The notes: a model not told the origin generated them from the sequence alone. DNA of 64,000 bases from the human T2T-CHM13v2.0 reference genome, Homo sapiens (GCF_009914755.1 NC_060928.1); one strand, 5' to 3'; counted from the first letter of the stretch, positions 25,188 to 40,264 are shown. Numbers and translations: made by a program.

Positions 25188-28175
25188 GTTTAAAAGTATA
25201 CCCGGTTACATAATATAAATACCTAATAGATTCCACTGCATTTCTTTTTGGGGACAGAAACAGTGATCTTCCTAAAAATTGGATATATTATACCCATTGA
25301 AAATTTGACTCTAACTTATACCTCAACCTCAATTTTTTTTTTTTTACTCCTCACACAAAATTCTACAGAGAATTTCTCACCATTACCCAAAATTGCAATA
25401 CCCTTCTATAATTACGTAGCTTAGAAAACATTCTTTTAACTTTTACAGTAACCTCCAATCCCTCATTTTTCTTGCAAACTCCTACTCACCTCTCCAGGCC
25501 AAGATCATTTGTCATTCCTTTCTCATAATCAGCTTCCACAACCATGCTTTAATTTACCTCGTTTTTAACCCTTAACAAATTGTTAAAACACGGTGTATTA
25601 AACACATTGCTTAATAAACTCAAGTTGTAATCTTTAACACATTGATTTATTTTGTTTCTGTGTATGATTTAACAAGTATTCTCTGAGACCTTAAAGGTAA
25701 AAAAACATTCATCCTCAGATTTATATATAAGATGCAGAATCAGTGAGTGTTAATTGTTAGAAAATGACTTTAATACTGTATTTTATTTTAAACAGCAGCT
25801 CTTCATACAAAAGAAGTGAATTTAATAGATACATTAAATAAAAATTAAATTAGTTATTGTCTAGACTTCTTTATGTATTCCCATCATGTTTAGTACAATG
25901 ATAATCTATGATTATCATCATCATCCTTGTCATTTCCATGGGTATATTTCCACAGGTATATGGTCTTTGTGGGTGAAAATACAGTTATATCATAGTGTCT
26001 TTTTTTTACAAGTTATTCTCTGTGTTTCAAAGTTGTAGAGTGAATTGGAAAATCCTTCCCTGAGCACTAATTACACTACATTCATATATTCAGTACATCA
26101 AAAAGCACATGACATTTTAATTCTTCATTTGCATGTCTATTTCTCTACTGGATTAAATTTATTCAAATAAAGTCAGTGTCTTTTTTTTTCTTTAATTCTC
26201 AGAAACTACCTGGAATAATGTAATCACTCATAAAATGATTTTTAAATGAATGAACTCATGAATAAGTAAATGAATGAATATTCTTGAATTACCTCTCAAG
26301 ATTTCCATTTTGAGTCACTAAACTTACATGCTAAAGAAAATGTAGTTCCAAAAGGTCACTTTAAAGAACATTATAAGACTATAGCAAAGACATTTACTAT
26401 GAAAAAAAGTCTTTTTTTGAGAAAATAATGTTGAGTTTTAAAAGTGTTATTTACCCATATAAAAATTATGGCTTTTTATTTTATGTGTATGTGTGTATGT
26501 GCGTGTGTTGGGAGAGAGAGACAGAAAAACAGATAAAGAGATTGAAATAGATAGAAAGACATTGAGACCAGAATTTTAAAACTCAATAAAATACAGAGTG
26601 ACTAAGAGGAAAAGCGAGGGTGAAGGTTGTAATGCTGTATACAGATGACATGGGAATTTAAACAAAGGCCAAGGGGAGTTCGGAGAAAAATAACATTACC
26701 ACAAATGGATGTTTTTGAGAAGGAGAAAAATGTCTGCTAAGGCAAGGAGATTTTGCATAGATTCTGGAAAGAGCATGAGGATACAGAATAATTTTCTGTG
26801 TTCACCATAGAATGGGGCTTCAGAGAACAATAGATATTCAGATGGAGATAGCAAATTCAGGATTGAAAAGTCAGTGAGATAAAAATTTAATCAATAGAGG
26901 AATCATAGTACTTGAAAGGATACCTAATTGGAGATTATTTTATTTGTGAGAAGAATGACACGGATTAATGGAATTGTACAATCAATGAGTGTTAATGTTT
27001 CATCTGCATGAACATATGGCCAGAAAATGTTGAAGACAGATGCTATTAACAAGTCTGCAATGTCTGCTAATGGTAGCAAATAGAATCATGATGCAGTGTT
27101 TTTTTATTTTCCCTGAAGGAATTTCTCCCCAGATGGTTTGGGTAGGGTTCCAAATAGATCTTAAAATTAAATGTGTGCTGATAAAAATTGCATCACATTT
27201 TAAAGTTCTCATTTAGGTATTTTCAGCCATTAGTAACCTTTTATCAAGAACAGTGTTCAGACATGATATGGTTCAAGTTTTACTTCTACTTATATTCCAC
27301 AAAAACTGTTTAGAAAAACTAGATATTTAAGTATGACACACTTCTGCCGACAGAAATTTATAACTACTAATGCTAATCCTATGAACATCGACAATTGCTT
27401 ACAAACATTATTTTATTATTCTTTATATTACTACATGAAAGAAGCCAGTCTAAAGAAAAACTACATGCTACATGATACTAATATGACTTTCATGAAAAAA
27501 CAAAATTATAGAGATGGTAAACAGATTGAGAGTTGCCAGTGTTTAAGGGTTGGAGTGGGAGGCAGTTAAATAACTGAAACACAGGGAATCTTTAGGATAA
27601 TGTAATTATTGTGTTTGATACGTAATGGTAAATTAAAAGCATTAAGTATTTTTCAAAACACATAAAATTTTACAGCACAATGAGTACACTTTAATATATG
27701 CAATTAAAAAAAATTAAGTAGTCGGTGGAACCGAAATGGAATTCAAAATTTGTCCAGAGAAACTAAATGTAATATAACTGTATGAAATTAATAGAATGAG
27801 GGATAAGGTGTTGATGTTAGTAGCTTTGAAAGTGAATAGAATGTATAAGACTAAAGGCAATGGGAGCTTTAGATAAGCACTGTATGCTAGTTGATAAAAC
27901 TATTCCCTATAAGGGTACAGGTCAACAATTTTACAAACATTCTACATATATAGAGGCATTGGTCAGTTTAGCAAATGGATGGCAGATGTTGGAAGCCATG
28001 TTTTTTACATTTAGAATGGGAAGTTACAAATAATCAATGGGCAGTGACTAGAATGATAATCTATGTGGTAATAGATTAGATACATCATTATAAATTCATG
28101 TTTAATTTAATATACACATAGTTACATATAGAAATATTTATAGATGTTTGTATATACGCAGGTTTGCACATACAT

Positions 28176-28177
<2 letters not shown>

Positions 28178-28209
<32 letters not shown>
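28178..28209. repeat. (TG)n microsatellite
   Basis: ~16 GT units. Confidence 0.95.
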
Positions 28210-28218
<9 letters not shown>

Positions 28219-29181
28219 CTTTTGCTCTGGTAGCTGAGGTCTAGAAGGAACATTACCCAAATAGCAACAAACACACTTAGTTGCCAGTTCTTGGTTTCTA
28301 ATAACATTATTCAATTAAAGGAATCTGTACACCTTGGAGAAAAGCTGAATCTAGCACTGGATTGGAAATAGGCAAGATGAGATTGGAGCATCTTGTATGC
28401 CCGAAATTAGGCTCAGGAAAGGAAAAAAAAAAAGAAAGAAACATCATACACACCCACACACACATGAGGATCTCAGTATGTCAAAAGAATACAGGGACCT
28501 AACAAATGCATTCCAAATGAGCAAAGTTGGAACAATTTAAACAGCAAGAAAATTATACATTCAATTATAGCCATAAAATAAAATAAATATATTTGAGTGT
28601 ATCATGATATAAATAAATGAATGAATACATAAATAAATGGGGGAGATCAGACTATTATGCAGAAGAATTCCAATAATCAATCTGCGATTAGTAGAAAAAG
28701 CATAACTTTCTACTTTTTAAGTGTGGGCTGCACATAAAGGCTTCTTTCTAAAAGATACACTACAGAAAGAGAAAGAAAGAGTAGAATTATAGCAGAGAAA
28801 TTTACAAACACTACTTTAACTCAGATAATCAACATTAACATGAATAATTATTAGTCATATTGATAGTGTGTAACCCTGATATGATGTAATGAGAATGGCA
28901 CTTTACTTCGTTTGTCCTCCTCCTCAAAACATATTTTTCCAGTCTAATTATCAGAAAAATATCAGACAAATGTCACTTGAGGTATGTATTAGAAAATATC
29001 TGATCAGTAATTCTCAAAACTGTCAGGGTAATCAAAAATAAGAAAAGTCTAAGAGGTTATGACAACCACAAAAAGCCTAAGGAGGCATGACTACTAAATG
29101 TAAGGTGATATCCTGGTGAGATCTCACATAAAAAGTGCATTAAATAAAAGTGGAAAATTTGAATAAAATATAGACTTTCGG

Positions 29182-29474
29182 GGCCGGAGTGGTGGCTCAC
29201 ACCAGCACTTTGGGAGGCCTAGGTGGGTGGATCATGAGGTCAGAAGTTCGAGATCAGTCTGGCCAACATAGTGAAACCTCGTCTCTACTAAAAATACAGA
29301 AAATTAGCCAGGTGTGGTCATGTGCACCTGTAACCTCAGCTACTCAGGAGGCTGAGGCAGGAGAATCACATGAACCCAAGGTTCACAGAGGTTGCAGTGA
29401 GCCGAGATCATGCCATTGCACTCCAGCTCCAGTGATAGTGCGAGACTCCACCGCAAACAAACAAACAAACAAAA
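29182..29474 (+). mobile_element. AluSg-like SINE with TSD ATATAGACTTT
   Basis: GGATCATGAGGTCAG diagnostic (2-nt shorter form); (AAAC)n tail; TSD on both sides; small deletion after GGCTCAC. Confidence 0.9.
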
Positions 29475-29679
29475 TATATAGACTTTTTGTTAATAATAAT
29501 GTATCAATAGTGGTTTGTAAATTGTGACAAATGGATCTATCTATTTTAAGATGTTAATAATAGGGATGTGTTAGTAGATGTTAATAACACTGGAGTAAAC
29601 TATACCAGAGCTCTCTGTAGTCACTTCACCATAATTCTATAAATCTAAACTTGTTTTAAATTTAAACAAATTAAATTAG

Positions 29680-30750
29680 TTATCCTTCTATACAACATAC
29701 ACAAAATTAATTTTTGATGTTTTGTAGACATAAATGGGAAAGTTAAAACACTATTGTATTTAGAAGTGTGCATTTAGAAGTAAACATAAGAAAATATTTT
29801 CACAACCTTTCAGTAAGAAAAGACTTAGTAAATGGTACAACAGGAAGCACTAACAATAAATGAAAAACACTGATAAATTATAGTACATTACAATTCTGTT
29901 AATCAAAAGAAAAGATAAAGAGAATAAACAGGCAAGCCACCGAGTGTGAGAAGGAAATGTAAACAGGCTATATAAATACCTTTCAAAAATTAATAAGAAA
30001 AAGATATATGACTCAATAGAAAAATGAGGAGAAGCTGATAGGTACATCCCACATGAGTGTACTCAAATGGCAAATAAGCGTGTGAAAATGTATTCCTTAT
30101 TGTGGAATGCAAATTAGGACAAAAATAAAATACTGTTATAACCAACTAGAATGGTCAAAGTGAAAAAAGATGAATAATACCTCGTATTGGAGAGAATATG
30201 GGGCATTTGGAATTCTCATACATAATGGTTGGTAAAGTAAATGACACAAACACTTTAGAAAACTATTTGTCAGTAACAATCAAAGATGAAAATGTCCACA
30301 CTATATGATACAAAATTATTTTCATTTTATATGTAATAGAAATGTACAGCTATTAGCATAAAAAGTCATAACAAGGTATTCATAGCAGAAGTATTCCAAT
30401 GTACAAAAAATTAAGTATCTAATGATCTAAAATGGATAAATGCACTCTGGTATATGCATATAATTCAATATTATACAGCAATAAAAATGAGCAAATTATT
30501 GCTATATGCAGCAACATAGGTCAAACTCACACAAAAAAAATGTTAAAAGAAAGAAGCCAGACATAAAAGAGTAAGTTTTTTATGAATCTAATAGAGGAAA
30601 AAATTGTCAGAGGGGGCAAAAAAGGGTACTTATTGTGCCATTTATACATTATTCTCTTTCTAAGTGCTGGTTATGGGCTTTATTCATATGTGAAATTCAG
30701 TGAGATATACCTTCACACAATTTATAGTCTACAAAGACATTAAATATTAA
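29680..30750 (+). mobile_element. Old L1ME-type ORF2 3' end and 3'UTR
   Basis: ACCAACTAGAATGGTCAAAGTGAAAAA, TGGATAAATGCACTCTGGTATAT, AAAGAAGCCAGACATAAAAGAG. Confidence 0.65.
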
Positions 30751-30992
30751 TTATATGGTATTTAGAACAGAATAATATTAAAAATCCTATACAGTACTTT
30801 GTAAAAACTTAAGAGTTTTGAGCACAAGCTTTTAAAAGAAAATAAAGATCAAATATATATGAGTTATTTTCAAACAATATGAGAAAATGTTAACATAATA
30901 GCTAAATAAAATATAAGGAAAACATTTTCAATAAGGACACATACAGTTCTTCAACTCTGATTTTTTTCCTCAATGAATATATTAGTTTATTT

Positions 30993-31451
30993 TATATTAG
31001 TTTCCTATCTGCTGTAACAAATTTCAACCAAGTTAGTTGCTTAATATAACACAAATTTATTATTTTAAATTTCTGGAAGCCAGGCATTTTAAATGGCTTT
31101 TGCTAGGCTTCAACGTGTCCAGACGTATTCCTTCTGGATGCTCTAGGGAGAATCAATTCTCTAGTCTTCAGCTTCTGGAAGCCACTATTTCTTGCCACAG
31201 GGCATCTTCCTTCATCTTTAAAGCCAGAAGTTTATCATCTTCTCATCTCTCTCCAACTCTGACCCTTCTCTTATGAGGATTCTTGTGATTACATTGAGCC
31301 CACTCAGATTATCCAGGGTAATCTCATTTCAAGATATTTAACTTAATCATATTTTGGGATCCTTTTTGTCTGCCATGTAAGTTATCATATTCACAGGTCT
31401 CCTGGATTAGGATGTGGACATCTTTGGGCAACCATTATTCTGCTTACCACA
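30993..31451 (-). mobile_element. MLT1C/D-like MaLR LTR
   Basis: TATTAGTTTCCTAT.GCTGTAACAAATT...TGTGATTACATTG.GCCCAC...GGATTAGGATGTGGACATCTTT...ATTATTCTGCTTACCACA. Confidence 0.8.
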
Positions 31452-32714
31452 GTGAATAAAATATATAAATCAAATAAGCAAACTATTGAAATTAAATGAA
31501 GCAAAGAAATTAATTTATGTCTTCATTATAATATTTTTTCAAATATTTGTAATGTTGTAATAATTATTAGGTAAATTAAACATTGGACTCTGTTTAGTGT
31601 TAGGCTGAAATTCTTCCTGGATTTCTTATGTTCCTGCATGGTCTGGGCCTGCTGAGCAAAAGGAATTGCAAGAATATTTGTATTACAGACACCTTGAAAA
31701 GTTAGTCTCTCCTTTTAGATAGAGGCCCCAAGAATAATTTGGAAATGGAAAGCTTTCTTCTTCTCTTCCTGGAAACACTTGCTTATTTTCTGGGGTAATA
31801 ATTCTAGCAATTGGAGAGTGAAGAAACAATGTAAGTTGTGAGCTAACATCTCAAATCCTTAATGGTTTAGAATTTAACATTTACATTTTTATCATTAGTC
31901 CTTGATATTATCTCTATTGTGTTTTCCTATCATGCAATTAAAACAGATAAGGACCTTCTTCAGAAAATTATTCTGGAGAATTGTTATGTAAAAATATTTT
32001 ATACATTTTTACACTTGAGATGTTATTCCAAGACCATGAACTCCCCAAATTTTTATTACAAATAAACTTTTGTTTCTTATACAAAGGTAAAGCGCTCAGT
32101 GACATTTCTAATTTGGGATACAGCAGTTCAGTCATCCTCTCCCTAAGCAGATACTTACATTTTAGAATTAATTTAGACGTGCTTTAGACATTTTATATTC
32201 TAAAACAAAAAAAGAAATTGTATTTTGACTTCAGTAATCAATAAATATGAATTAAATATTCTTCTCAACCCCGAACGTGGCCAATTTTATAACGCGATTC
32301 TACCATTTTTATTTTTTATTTTTCAGTGCTCTGTGAGTGTATCAATATCTAGCTAGACATCTATCAATCTAATATATCTATACCTACGTATCTGTTTCTA
32401 ATAGTTTAACTATTTCTTTTTCAAAATTATCATTACTTTTCTTTGTTGATAATATATTTTGAAATGTCAAGTGAAATTAGAAAGTGATATTTTAATTTTT
32501 GAAAAAATGAATTACAAAATAATTTTAATATACACGTAACTATTTCTCACATTATCAATTTTTTTCCTCCTTCTATTATTACTTGACTTATTCAAAACTT
32601 TATAACATTTCTCCTAATGCATAGCAACAGTTTCTATCTGGTATCCCTGCTTCCAGTCTTAATTCATTAAATTCATTACTCATTTAGCTATCAGAATTGT
32701 CTCCGTTTTTCAAT

Positions 32715-33050
32715 TTTTAAATTTTCAATTATTAAAATAAATTTTATTGTGTAAATTTGAGTTTTACAACATGATGTTATGGGATACATATTGATTGTAA
32801 AATGGTTATTATACTGAAGCAGATTAACATCTATCATCTCATAGTTTCTTTTTTGGTGACCAGAGTGTCTTAAATCTACTTATCCAAAAAAAAAAGTACC
32901 ATATAATTTTATTAACATCAGTGCTCATCTTATATATTAGTTATCTACCCTTGTTCTTTCTACATATCTGCTATTTTGTATCCCTTGGCCAGGTACTCCC
33001 ATTTTTCTCACTCTTAGCCTTCCCCACAGTGGTGAGCACCATTTCATTTT
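32715..33050 (-). mobile_element. L1MA7/8-like 3' end
   Basis: TACAACATGATGTTATGGGATACATA...GAAGCAGATTAACATCTATCATCTCATAGTT. Confidence 0.65.
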
Positions 33051-34771
33051 CAGATAAATATTAATAAGAAGAATTCGCATACTTTATTTAAAACTATAAT
33101 TTTTTTCAAACAAATATCCCATTTATCTTTATACCAAAAAAATTACCATTTTAAAAAATATTAAAATTATAAAGTGTGATGCTTTACATTATGCTGACTT
33201 CAAATTAAATTATTTAAATTAGTATCTGTTTCATGTCAAGTAGAAAAATACAGTATGAAAACCAGAGAAAAAACACAGGAAAGCCGGTGTGCTATTACTA
33301 AGGATTCTAAACATATTATGCTAAGTGAAGAAAATTTTAAAATAACATGAGATTTCTAAAGAATATAATAGCAATATTTTATAGTATGGTATAATTTATA
33401 TATTTCTGCATAAAAATGGCCATGTATTTAGCAATTTACTATTCTGTGTAAGAAAATAGTATTTTTTTCTGAAAAAAATAAGCCATTTATTTTTTCAGTT
33501 TAGTGTTATAAATGACTTTTTTTCTCCATAATTAAATGAATGTATTTTTTAACACAATTAATGTGCCTGCATCAGCCTCTAGTTTAATTGCTAACTTTAT
33601 AATGCACAATCATAATGTGACTGAAAATTTACTGCTTCATACATGTTTATGAATGAAGTAATCAGATTCACATATATGCAGATTTAAATCAGAGTAATTG
33701 TAACAATTTTTAAAAAAGAAATCGATTAACTCCTCTTTTCATATTGCCAGTCTTTCTTCCATCTGTGCAAAAAAAAAAAAATGAATTGGTGTCATAAATC
33801 TAGAGGCAGCCAAAAATACAAGCCCACATATAACATCCTACTTATGCAAATAGTGCATCTGCTGCTATATGAGCAGGCCAAAGAATATTTCCAACTAGAC
33901 TCATACACCCACAATACTGTGAGAATTAAATCAATCAAAACCACATTCTACTAGAAATATATATTTAAAAACTTAAAATATTCATGCAATATAATTATGT
34001 ACAACCTGCTTATGAAGTTGTTTTAATTACCCAGCACACATGAATGCCAAATTATATTTGACCTTTCAATAGCCGATTGTCTCCAAAAAAACCTTTCCCC
34101 AAAAAGCCTATCAGTAGAATTTTGTTTTTTGAAAATGTTTTAACATATTAAATATCTTACTATATTAAAACCTTTCCATATTTAACTCCCAAAATTGTAA
34201 ATTAAATCCAGTAATAAAATATGAGCTTTTTCTTATATTTAAATATTTTATAGTATAAATTTATCTTTTTTGTACATAAGAAAATCTTGGTTATAAATGT
34301 ACCATGTTTTATTTTAATTTTTATAAACAATGTTATAAGCAATATTTAAGGCATAAATATAAATAGGGCTTCGTTGTTTTAAAATTTATTTTACATGTTA
34401 TCACAACCACAGTAGGAAGAAAAAAATTAAGTTTTTAATTTTTTTTAATCATGTGGCAAAAAAGAAACGCTCATTCAGTAAATAATATGGTCTAAACTCA
34501 AAGCAAAGTTTTCTGAATTCAGAAGCAAGGGTAAACTATGCTGTATGAAGCCTCTACATACATTTCTTCTATATTCAGTGTTTGCAAATTTGCTTATGCA
34601 CTTACTTAATAACCACAAACTGATTACAGTCTACCAAAACAAGTAATAAATTATTCATAGGGTAATCAGATTCTAGTGCTTACGTGGCCATGAACACAGT
34701 TCAGTAGCAAACCACAATAATAATCACAAAATTATATAATTTATAAAATCCCATTGATGCCGACTTTCTTT

Positions 34772-35071
34772 CTTTTTTTATGAGACAGAGACTCACTCTG
34801 TTGCCCAGGCTGGAGTTTAGTGGCGTGATCTTGGCTCACTGCGAGCTCCACCTCCCGGGTTCATGCCATTTTCCTGCCTCGGCCTCCCGTGTAGTGAGTA
34901 GCTGGTACTCCATGCATGTGCTATCACACCCGGCTAATTTTTTGTATTTTTAGTAGAGACGGGGTTTCACCATATTGGCCAGGCTGATCTCGAACTCCTG
35001 ACCTCAGGTGATCCACCCGTCTCAGCCTCCCAAATTTCTGAGATTACAAGTGTGAGCCACCACACCTGGCC
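34772..35071 (-). mobile_element. Full-length Alu (Sx-type left arm, Y-type right arm) with TSD
   Basis: TSD C(C/T)GACTTTCTTT at 34760-34771 and 35072-35083. Confidence 0.93.
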
Positions 35072-36099
35072 CTGACTTTCTTTTAGAAACTTATTTATAT
35101 TTCTCTATACATAGTTATAAGATTGTTTACTATGATTGTTCTTAACCTAAGAGCATAACAATTTGACATCAATAACTGTGACAAGAGGTACAGTAGAAAA
35201 TGCTGTAAGGGTAATGCAGTGGAAGTAGGTATACTTTGAAAAATGTACAAGGAGGGGAGAGAAGGGTAGTTTGCCCCTCCACTCCAAACTAGGATGTATT
35301 TCCATATATTGTTTCCAACAGTTAAAATTACTTCTCTAAAATAAACTGCAAATAAACAGCAAATAAGTGCCAAAATGCTGAATATTTTTCTGAGGTTTAT
35401 AATTTTTATATTTAAATGTTAGGTACCTATTTTTTATGTAGCTAATGCTTTTCGGGGTTCAAAATTCAAAAGTTACACCATGGTATATTGTAGAAAGCCC
35501 TCTTCTCAGTTCCTTCACACAGGTATCTTATTGTACCTAAAGGCAAACAATTTTATTAAGTTTTTTAAAAGAAATAGAATTCTGGAGATATACATATCCA
35601 AGTGAGTGCATTTCTTTCTTTTCCTTCTTTTATATTGTACAAATGGTATAATATAGTTCAATATTGGGAATATTTTTCATTTTTATAAATTGGCATTTAT
35701 CTTATAAATCAATTGGAATGAATATATAAATACATCCATCATCACTATTGCTTATTTATACAGATCCATAGGAGCTGTATGTATGATATATGATGCCCAA
35801 GAGCTTCGTTTTCAGTTCATGCAAAAGCTAGTTGCAAAAGCCAGAAACTACAGATGATGTATTCATCTGAGTCAAAATCATCTCTTCACTAAGCTATTCA
35901 AATAGGCTCTTATTGTTTCTCCATCTTTGCTCCTAAGAAAATCCTCATTCCTAGTCAGTTAGTCATTTAGAATTCTAAAATCATGTCACTTCTATGCTTC
36001 AAGTCATAGCATGGTTTCTCATTTTTTCTGCTTACAACTTCCATCTCATCACCTATTATTTTTGTCCTCTCTCTCCAACCTGCAGCCACAAAGACTATA

Positions 36100-36900
36100 T
36101 TTATACTTAGTTGTTATATATTAAGCCCCTACTAGTGTGTCGTGTTCTGTTTTAGATGCTTGGGTCACTGAAGAACATACATACAAAAACGGCTCTACTT
36201 TTAATGATGCATATATTCATATGGAGAAAGACAAAAATAATCTAATATAAAGATGATTTGTCAGATGATAAGTGCTAAGAATGAGAATAAAGAGGGTAAG
36301 AGTTGTATTGTTCACAGGTTGTCAAAGGAAATTCATGTAGGCTCTGAGGCTGAGCATTCTAGGCTGAAAACAAAGCAGAACAAAGATTCTGAGACAGAAA
36401 CATGTTTTGTTTAATAAAGAAGTAGAGCCCACTGAATTTAGAAAGAGACTGTGGGTTGGTATGGGTACAAAGATGAAAGTAGGGAGCATATTAGGATGAT
36501 ACTGATGGAAAAAAAACTGGTGAAAACAGTGGTGTCATGGATCCGCACAAGCAGTGAAGTGAGTGAAATATGATTGTGCTTGTTGATGGTTGCATTTGCT
36601 AATGTGGGAGGTGTAAGAAATGACGGAGTAAAGATGACATGAAGATTCTGAACCTGAGCACATATAAGTTCCAGCAATTAAAGCAACATAGAAGGAGTAT
36701 GCTTTTTGGTTTTAGATTTATTTTTTAAGGGGCAGTAGTGCAGGAGCAGAGTTCAGTATTAGATGGCTATTAATTATTTAAATAGAGTCAAAAAGAAAGT
36801 TAAGTACATGAGTAGAAATTTGATGGAGAGATCTGAGGTGTAATTATGATTTTGGAAATCCTCAGAATAGAGATGGCGTTTAATGACATGGGACTGGATG
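36100..36900 (-). mobile_element. L2 fragments
   Basis: Degenerate L2-like blocks such as GTCAGATGATAAGTGCTAAGAA and GAGTAAAGATGAC..AAGATTCTGAACCTGAGCA. Confidence 0.55.
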
Positions 36901-39900
36901 TTTCTGTTTTGTGCTTAATATTGGTGTTGGCCTTTTTACAGGGTATATTTCTTCCTCTTAAAGTGTACCTTCCCTGGAGCTTCAGCCTAATGCCTGAGGT
37001 CCTCAGTGAGGTCCCTCCATTCTTCCTATCTAAGCTGAAACTTCAACATCTTCAGGAGTGTGTGACACCTGGTATGTCTGCTCAGTTCTGAGCTCTGTAG
37101 TGACTCCACTGTTGTGTTTTGGAAAACTTGTCATGTGCACATGAATAATTTAATCTTAGATTATTAAATTATTGACTTTAATACCGCATGCTTAACTAAG
37201 ATAATTAACATCAGAATATCATCTAAGATTTGTCTTCTTAAAAATCAAGTTTTACCAGAATCTTAATATGAATTATAAAATTAATGATTTTATTGGGACA
37301 GTTTTAGAGATCTGATACTTATTTGTAATTTGCAAATATTCTAAGATGTTGGTCATTAGAGAACATATATGAATAAGTGCATGTGGTAGTTAGGAGAGTG
37401 GAAATGAATACAAACTATTAATGGGTTGTTGCAGAATATTCTGACCTTACTGAATAAACACACAATACATATGCGCACACATTCATAGAATCAGAAAGTC
37501 ATGAAAAGGCTGAATGTAAAACAAAGAGCATGAGAGACCCATGTTCTTAAATTCTATTAGTACTAAAACTTCCAGTTAACATTGTAGAAACATATATATT
37601 AGAGAATTATGAATAAACACAGTCCTTGACGTATGCACAATCTGAGTTGATCAAAGGACACTGGCAGAAACATTAAAAAACTGTGTAAGATATTTCACTG
37701 CAATTTTATAAATTTCTTCAGTATAGTAGTAGTGTTTTCCTACTCATTACAGGATCTGGGGCCATCTGCTTTTAAAATAATACCTTGCACATAATGGGAG
37801 ATCTTTACATAAAGTTTGAATAAATTAAGGAAGAATTAATTAGCAAGTCCATTCCTGCTATGTCATTTAAGCAATTTTTTATTCATCAAAACATACTACT
37901 TCAAGCTAATATTAAATGGTTTATATTCATGAAACCATGGGCTATTACTTAATTCCTAGAATTTACCTGCAAAAAATCATTGATTTATACACTATACAAG
38001 GTAATATTCTGGTTCATTCTCTGGAACAAATTGCAACTTAATTGAAAATAGTATGAAAGCTAGTAAGTATAATTCAAGTGAAAAGCCTTAAATTCCATAA
38101 GAATTAAGAACCTTTGGTAATTAATATACCAAACTTTTGGTATTTGAAAGTGAAAAGATGTATTCCTTTAAGAAAAATAATAAAGTTGTCAAGATGAGGA
38201 AGAATTAAACGTACGTAATATTGGGCCCTAATAGATGAGTGATGATAACAGAAAGTAACGTCAATCAAGACAACAGAACAGTATGGGGTGTTTTCAGGGA
38301 GTATTATTTAATCAACCTGGCGTTCTAATGATAGTGACTATGAATTAGCAACCTTACTTTGCCCTAATGTGAGTGGCTTATTAGAAGAGGCTCAGGTCAG
38401 AAGTGGGATACTAGTGAGCAAGCTGCTGCTAGAGGTAATGAGGCAAGAAACAGGATTTTAACAACATTAGAGATCTCGTTAATTCAAACTAATGGAAAAA
38501 ATTGCAGTAACATAAAATGTAAATCTCTCCAACTTTTAAATTTATAATTGGCAGAGAAGGAGAAGCTATTGAAGATCTTGATGCTTTGAAACTGTATGAG
38601 AGGTGTTGTTATCAAAAGAACTAGCTAGGAGAAAAAAGAAAATATACGTTGATGGTAGCTGTTGGATTTAGTTCTGGTTTAAAGTATTTAGACATGAATC
38701 TGATCCTGGATTTCAAAAGGACCTTTATTGAAAATGTCAAGTGACAAGAGATATTAAGATGCATAAGATTGAACACTACAGCATCTTCTTTCAATAATTT
38801 GATTTACTCACCCTTATTTAAAGAATTGAATCTTTCTGTTCTCAAGCCTCCTTTTCACCAATTAATTTGATTCAGGACAAAAAGTGGTGTTTGATATTTT
38901 CAACTTTAAAATAAGTCAATTTTCCTGCATGCTTAAATATTCTGTTATCTTGAATTCTAATGAAGGACCTATAACTATGTATTTAATATTTGGTAAATTT
39001 ATACAGATGTAACATATTATTGAAATAAGATTGTATAAACTAAACAAGAAAATAGACTGAAAATATTGTCTCAAAAAGAACAATTCTTGCTATGCTTTTC
39101 TTGTATTTATATTTTATTCATGTAAGCTGTTTTCTATCCTGGAAATATCATCCTCCTACTCTCCACCTTCTTTTCACCCTTCACTCTTGTCTTTCAATGC
39201 TCAGCTAAAATTAAACTCCTCAAACAGGCTTTCAAAGCTCAGTGTAGAATCATCTGTTATTTCCTGCTTCCTCAGTATTAACTTTTTATATATTATATGT
39301 CTTGTTATATGTATAAATGTTTATTTCCTAAATCACCAGTACACTGTAAACTCTATGAAGTTAGAAATGTAAAATCAACACCTAATTTGGTATTTATTCA
39401 TAATGAGAATTTAACATATTTTTGCATTGATAAATGAATGTAGGTTAGCAAACCAGTAAAATACACATTTCACATGCTGCCAAGTGATTTATTGATCACA
39501 TACCAATTCTAATACTGGAGCATCTTATTTCAAAGAATATGAAGCATTTGTGGTAATTATTCACAAATTTGTTAGTATATTTTAATTCTTATTTTATAGC
39601 TCAGTTTTATTTTTGATAAATATACAAAACTCTCAAAATCTGAATACTCCATTTGCAAGCTGCTCTTATCTAATAATCTTACCTTCATTTCCTTTTTACA
39701 TCTTCTACCTTACCCATTAATTTTGCTATTTTTAATTGGCACAGCCACATTTTGCATCATTCTAGTTTGTGCCTATCATATGGAAAAGCAGAAGTGTTAT
39801 CTGTGACTGTTTGGATTTTATAATTAATTTGAACTACTTGAAGTGTGATTTGTTCATGGAGTCATTGGAGAGGCATAATATTATTAAAAGCCAGATGTTG

Positions 39901-40264
39901 GCACATTTTGCATGCTTAACAGGCACAAAACCATTTCCTAGTGGAAACATTTTAAAAATGGTTTTGGTTCCCCTATACGGATTATCAATTCAAATAATCT
40001 CACTTACTTTTCTTTTCTTACTTTACATGGGGCAAGTATATTGATATCTGAAACTGCATTTGAAAAATTTGGGAAAACATTGATCTTTCTGGCAAATAGA
40101 CTTTACTAATTAAACATACCTTCAATATCTTAATGGGAAATTGAAACATATCTCAATTTTACTGCTTGAAAACCAGCAATGCCAAGTTATATTTCTCAAT
40201 AAATAAAATTATCTCTTATTTTACTTTGGCCATTTATTACTTTACTTCATTACAATACACCTTC

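Larger units (their letters stand above)
27433..29660 (+). mobile_element. L1MC3-like long 3'UTR, interrupted by an Alu
   Basis: GTTACATATAGAAATATTTATAGAT, CTTGGTTTCTAATA.CATT, GGAGCATCTTGTA, GAGAATGGCACTTTAC motifs. Confidence 0.75.

Noticed and set aside
29182-35071. Oppositely oriented Alu pair as a dsRNA source
   Set aside because: About 5.3 kb apart and divergent; an ordinary configuration
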